A stretch of 60,249 bases of DNA, counting the filler, from Basidiobolus ranarum (Eukaryota), in NCBI GenBank assembly GCA_040143965.1. It is 3 parts of 3 records of this genome, joined end to end, with 100 filler letters (N's around TTAATTAATTAA, not from the genome) between each part and the next. Parts side by side here need not be neighbours in the genome. Positions count along the whole stretch, not along the records: positions 40,328 to 60,249 come from JASJQH010000238.1; 2 more parts are not named here. One strand, given 5' to 3'. Position numbers and translations under genes: made by a program. The notes below the pieces were generated by a model, which worked only from the letters and a program-made list of their open reading frames with translations, was not told the origin of the DNA and made no database searches. Of this stretch, positions 52,552-60,249 are shown one piece after another (position 1 is the first letter of the stretch; each line of letters opens with the position of its first letter).

Positions 52552-54112
52552 TTAAAGAGTGAATCGGAAATTCGTGGTATTCTTGAGTTCGGATTCATTT
52601 TGATGGGAATTTTCGAGATTTCGGTTTTGTCGCTTTAGATAGTGCTTTAAAAGGAATGACATGATACAGGTTAAAAGCATCATACACATGTTGGCAGTGT
52701 GGCTTGGTATATAGTGTGGTGCTTCTTCTTTTCTGTACAGTTGCCCTGCTATAACTCCACCAATATTACCAAAGGAAATCACTATGGCTGTAGCTGTGGC
52801 TGCTTTAGTTGAACCGCACATGTTGTTGTTAAGCCAACCGAGGGAGAGTGGAATACACGAGAAAACTCCCATGGTTGTAATGCAAGCGGCTGCATATAAT
52901 GTCCATGTATCTTTCAATACAATCAATAGAATATAGCCTAGTACACCAAACAGACTTTGACCGACTAGGTGGTAACCACGCTCATTTTGATGATCAGAAT
53001 GGAAAGCCATACCAATGGTAAATACAAATCCAAAGGCATAAGGTGGAGCGGTTAGAAGTTGGGCAGTAAGATCAGTAAAACCAAGATCACGGACGATGGT
53101 AGGAAGAAGTAACGCCAGAGAATAAAGTGGAAGGAGAATTCCAATATATAATAGTGCGTACATCCAAACCTTTATATCAGTAACTGCTTCGATAAATTGT
53201 TGTTTATCAAAATGAGAGGAAGATACTGCCATTTGATCATGAGCAAGTCGAAGTTCTACTAGTTCACGTTGTCTGGGTGTAAGCCATTTAGCACTGGAAG
53301 CTGAATTAGGCAAATAGAACCTGTTATGGTTTGGAATATGATTTAATGACAAACACGAAAGATATATTGTTGGGAATGAATCTCACCAAGTGACAACACC
53401 AAGCAGTACAGTAGGGGCTCCTTCAATAATGAAAATCCATTGCCAACCTGCAATCCCTTGCACTCCGTGCATATGTGTGATTCCATAAGCCAAAACTCCA
53501 CCAAAGGCTCCGGCTAAGGTGGCTGCAGAGAAGAAGAGGGCTACTCTAGAGCACTGTTCTCTACGAGTATACCAGAATGTAAGATAGAATACCATTCCTG
53601 GAAACAGTCTAATTCATAAAAGTCAAGTAAGTATCATGAATCTCCAAAATTCCAATTAGCTGGAGTGCTTACCCTGCCTCTGCTATGCCAAGGAATAGGC
53701 GACACACCATCATGCCAGGAAAATCTTTTACAGCAGCCATACACATAGTACAGGTACCCCAAGTAACCATAATACGGGCTATCCAACGGGAGGGAGAGTA
53801 TTTTTTCAGCAACAGATTAGATGGAACCTCAAAGATTACATAGCCAACAAAAAAGATTGACAAACACCAGGAATATTGGCTTGGATTGAGACCAATATCA
53901 GCTTCTAGTTTAGCAAGGCGAGCGTTACCAATATTTACACGATCCAGGAAGGAAAATAAGTACAGTAAACCAACATATGGTAATATTCTGAAATCAAGCT
54001 TCCTTAGCAGTTGCTTAGCTTCTTCGGGAGTCCATGTTGCTTCTGGAGAGTAGTCCCCTATTGCACGTACCTCGATATTGTTCTTTTCATCTTTCTCTTG
54101 TAAATTGGTCAT
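52552..54112 (-). CDS. MFS transporter, Dal5/Tna1 (anion:cation symporter) family (3 exons)
   Basis: LLRKLDFRILP, FLDRVNIGNA, EVPSNLLLK, RLFLGIAEAG|LFPG, FWYTRREQ, GWQWIFIIEG and QLLTAPPY. Confidence 0.93.
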
Positions 54113-55730
54113 TTCGTTTAGAGTGCTTTGGTTAAAGGGATTGGAGTTGAAACCCGATACTGAAATTAACCTCATGTCTATTGGTTTATATACTCGAGTT
54201 CAAGATAGTTGGTAGCAACTGTATTTGATTACGGTTCATCTTGACCAAAATTATTGAACGTGTTCATATGTACCGGTAACAATAATGATGTAGCACCATG
54301 GCTTTGACAGTGCCAGAAATATTAGATAAACATTGACTTCTAGGAATTTTCTCACTCATCTACCAACACGTAAATTTAGTTAGCGCTCTCCTAAGTCCTG
54401 GGAAATCATATATTAGGGAAGAAGTTATGAAACCAGTAACATGCGAACAGATTCTCTATATTACTGAATAAATCAAACATACAAAAAACAAGTCCAAAAG
54501 GTTGGACAGAACATTCACCAGTTGATTCACTTTCCCAAAATGTTTAGTTAAACCTGGAGTGTTAATCTGAATAAATCAAATATGATGTTTCGCTTGGTTT
54601 GTGAGAAAGAATTCCGAAGGAAAAGTTTAAGGAAATTCCTCTTTAATTTCCAAAATCTCGAATCAATCAGATGATGAAACGCCTCGAGTTTCTATGCTCT
54701 GACAGTCTAAAGTGTAACCCACTTAAGTCTCAATAATGGGTTCCTTTTTCACAGGAGTGTGGAGAGTAAAAAGAATCAGGTAAACATTAAGTCACAAGTA
54801 GTGTCACCAATAGAGCCAAATTAACACTGATTCACAAAATCACTCAAATTAACTTCGAATGTTGGTAACGATGCTAATGAGACAATATGTATTATTTAGC
54901 TACCTAATCTCTCGACTTTTGTTGCAGAGTTTAACCGACTCCTTATGGCACAGGTTCTTATAATCCTGTAGAAACTTGTGGGTCTCGGAGTTAACAACTG
55001 GTATTCAAGCTATAGGAAAATGGAGCTGTGTTTCGTACACAAGCAGTTTCACGGGAAATTATTCGGATAGACTTGAGTGTTCTTGAGACTAGAGCTGTTA
55101 AAAAAACCAATATTCATGTAGCAATACTAAATAACATTCTCGGATTAATTTCGATTAATCGGTACAAAATTAATGTGATTACGATTTGGCCTCCGTAAGA
55201 GCCGACCGATTACTACCAATCTTGAATCCAGTCACACAATCCTAAATCCTTCACCTAGATTCTCATGATTTACTTAGAGTAGCGCGTAACCACTCTAAAA
55301 GCTAAGTTAAGAATAATGGAGTAATGACGAGATACCAAGTAAGGTTTAATGAGCTGTGGTATCTTCCCCACACATACTTATTCCTTATATTGGATAGTAT
55401 CAGGTAATACTAACAGAGGCTGGATAGTAGGAATCTGAATCAACATTGCATTAAATTTTGTATACCAAACTTATTGTACTCAGTTTCCCAAAATACGGGA
55501 TGTTTAAAATACACCTCAAAGTGTAAGTGATATGTAACGTTATTTACCAACTCATATGTAGATATTACCGGTTTATATAACTACAAAATGCTAGCCATGG
55601 ATTGAATGCGATTCTCAAGCCCTATAAAGTGAAGAGTTTTTATTGATTTTTATGTATTCCATATTATATACGTTCCTACTTCAAACAAAAAATAACATTG
55701 AACAATAATAATAGAGCATCATCAAGTTCT

Positions 55731-57121
55731 TTATTCCTCAGCCTCTTCAGTCTCAGCCTCCACTTCTTCCGCCTCCTCTGCTTCGCTTTCTTCGAATATC
55801 TCCTCTTGATGATTTTGGAGCTCATCAACATCTGGCAAGATACCAGATAGAAGCTCAAGAGCATGCTTGTGATAGTTTAATTGGACAGATATCAGGTCTG
55901 AAAGATTCCGGATAGGTTCAGGCTATTTCAATAGTTAATGCTTATTCCATGGCAACTCTTCCCGATAGATATGTGCTTACCGAATCTACAACAATCTTCA
56001 TCTGTCCCATTGCTTCTTGAACAGCAGTAATAAACTGATCTTCTGCTTTTTCAGCATCCGCCTTGGCCTTAGACAAATCATTAGATTTTCATGCAAGGAA
56101 AAAAGAACTACTCTTGAACTCATACTGCTTCTTCTTTCTCAGGTTTCACATTGCGTAAATTAGCCTTACAAGCATCCAAATGTAGTCTAGCTGATTGAAC
56201 ATCTCGGCGTGCTTTCTATAAGCGTGTGTATTCATGTATTAGTTGAAGTGGTCAGGTGAGATTATAGAAATAATGCTGATTAACATACCATTGCTTTTTG
56301 AATGTTTAACTCAAGTGAAGCTTCAAGTGGGCGAATAAATTTCTTGTAAACATCGTCATCCTGATAAGATAAATCAAGCGCATTATTAAAGATATCTTTA
56401 TAAAAGAGTAGACAGTTGAGCGAGTCAACAAACATGCCATATCAAGTCGGGCTTGACCAATTTGATCATGAGCGATGGAGAACTTTGATAGAGCGGTACC
56501 TAAAGTTATGGTTAACATGATGAAGATCATTCACTTTGAATGGAAAAATATTACCCAAAGGCTCTTCTACCCCAATAATTTCTGCACTATGCGCTGAGGC
56601 GCGAGATAAAGCGTGGCTTAGTGTCTTAGGTGGCTCCTCGACACCCTCTAAACCAGTACGATCACCTGCATTGACTAAAGCTACTTGCTTTACTCCAATA
56701 GCTAGGGAACGAGTAAAGTCGGCGAATGAGTCTTGAAGATGATAGGGGTAGTCATAACCTTCGGTGGTATATATTCTAGCTACTTTAAGCAAGTTATTAA
56801 ACGAAATGCGAACAGCATCAACTCGCTAAAAACAATGACAGTCAGATAAAAATATATACATGACTCATACGAATAAGTTTTACTGAACTACTAACTTTTT
56901 CCATGGCAACATATTCTTTGGGTAATTCGGTTACATCAGTGGCATTACCGAATTTCTCTTGGGCCATCTAGAGGGATTATCTCTTTAATCCAAGGCTAAA
57001 CTATAAACCAAATCTATTCAAAGTCTACCTGTTTGGCTTGACCAAGGCCTTGTTCCAGGCTTTGGGCAAACTTTTTGGCGAGTGGATTGAGTTTTTGACT
57101 GAAGGAAGAAAAAGAATCCAT
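55731..57121 (-). CDS. GVP36: BAR-domain protein, Gvp36-like (8 exons)
   Basis: QEKFGNATDVTELPKEY, RVDA, YTTEGYDYP, PKTLSHALSRAS, KARRDVQSARLHLDACK, AEDQFITAVQEA and an acidic tail; TAA at 55733-55731. Confidence 0.88.
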
Positions 57122-57596
57122 TGTTTCTCACTAATTCAATTCAAGGAACGAAAGATACGTAACCAAAAGAAAAACTTGAACTTTAAGTTATCTTTCAACG
57201 CAAATCATTATTATTCATGCTAGTTATCTAGGAACAGAATTGGGATATTTTTGTTTGGCATGAATTGATTGATTGGATGATTGATTCTACTCTGCAGTTT
57301 TGTTAGGCACATGCATAACAAGAGTATACGTTTGATATCAAAGGCAATACTGTATATTCGTTTCTCGTTAGTGATTCTATAAGATAAATGAGTTGTCTCT
57401 TACTACTATCTTTGCTCTAATGCTAAAGATGAGAGTAAATAATCATGAGTATTATGTTTTTTCATTCAACATCATTTAATATTAATATCACGTGAATGGG
57501 TCATTCAACATGCATTAAAGGTGTTCGGAATTGAGGGTTTATCTATTAGTAGAGCCAAGTGATGAAAACTATAGTGAAATGAGCATTCCTATAGAA

Positions 57597-59538
<1,942 letters not shown>

Positions 59539-60004
59539 AGAAAAGCAACTTTGAAGAGGAAGTAGCAGAAATGGGTTACAAAAGTAGGGACTAAGACTGC
59601 TATATGCACAATAATTCAATGGAGATATTAAACAGTGAAATACTTTAATGCTTAAATCATGCCTAAGATTAGTATAAAAATATTTATAGTATGACGATCT
59701 GCGAACGTCATATGCTTAACTTAATATGGTCGTATTCCCCGCATGCACGTGCTCAGGTAATAAAGTATTTACTCATTCATTTACATTTCAGGTTTTTACT
59801 CCTTCTACGCACACTCCCAAATAATCAACTCATGCATGAAATATTTATCACAAGCATCAGCATAATCAAATGTCATTTCAATTAAAATGAGTAGGGATGA
59901 GTAGTAATGAGGAATAAAAGAAATAGATTTATTGATAACATTTTAATTATCCTTGTTACAACATGCTATCGAATAATCAGTATAGAGTAATGAAATTTGG
60001 GAAT

Positions 60005-60249
60005 TTAATTGCCGAAAAAGCGTTTGTAAAGACCGCTAATGCCACCGTGGTCGCTGGTATCATATGCAGAGCCTCCATTGTCACCACCTGAGCCGGCACC
60101 ATTGCCTCCAGCTCCACCTCCTCCGTTACCAGAATCGTATCCACCGTTGCCGCCGGCACCACCGCCATTGCCACCAGAACCTCCACCATTACCGCCAGCA
60201 CCTCCACCATTACCGCCAGCACCTCCACCATTTCCAGTATCGTATCCAC
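60005..60249 (-). CDS. 3' end of a Gly/Asn-rich repeat protein (start outside the window)
   Basis: Frame differs from the ORF track: GYDTGNGGGAGGNGGGAGGNGGGSGGNGGGAGGNGGYDSGNGGGGAGGNGAGSGGDNGGSAYDTSDHGGISGLYKRFFGN*; 21-nt tandem units with synonymous variation. Confidence 0.75.
   Translation of the reverse strand, partial: GYDTGNGGGAGGNGGGAGGNGGGSGGNGGGAGGNGGYDSGNGGGGAGGNGAGSGGDNGGSAYDTSDHGGISGLYKRFFGN

Noticed and set aside
59977-60249. ORF-track peptide MDTILEMVEVLAVMVEVLAV...
   Set aside because: Off-frame reading of the Gly-rich repeat; third-position variation supports the Gly frame.

Overview
AT-rich eukaryotic DNA with short (~50-100 nt) GT-AG introns, from a fungus, probably an early-diverging lineage (Zoopagomycota/Mucoromycota-like; inference). 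The window is three sequences (1-20069, 20170-40227, 40328-60249) joined by identical artificial N44-TTAATTAATTAA-N44 linkers, so gene order across the joins is not meaningful. Segment 1 holds a partial ORF, a Git3/cAMP-receptor-like GPCR, PTC7-type PP2C, SKP1, a convergent pair of uncharacterised paralogs, a DUF2415-type WD40 gene and TIM23. Segment 2 holds a truncated PSP1-domain gene, RFC1, an auxilin-like Swa2/Ucp7 gene, a GPI-type Ser/Thr-rich protein, a 70-aa mitochondrial microprotein, a questin-oxidase/AflY-like gene and decayed retroelement fragments. Segment 3 holds a divergent pair of LEA_2-like type II membrane paralogs, NUF2, an orphan membrane protein, a Clb3/4-like cyclin, a Dal5/Tna1-family MFS transporter, a Gvp36-like BAR protein, LETM1/MDM38 and the 3' end of a Gly/Asn-rich protein. 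The most notable observation is that the otherwise intact Swa2-like gene has two in-frame stops (TAA 28282-28284, TAG 29497-29499), each one C>T change from a Gln codon and each with a possible in-frame rescue intron. Exon boundaries were derived by hand and are approximate. No tRNA, rRNA or CRISPR array was recognised.
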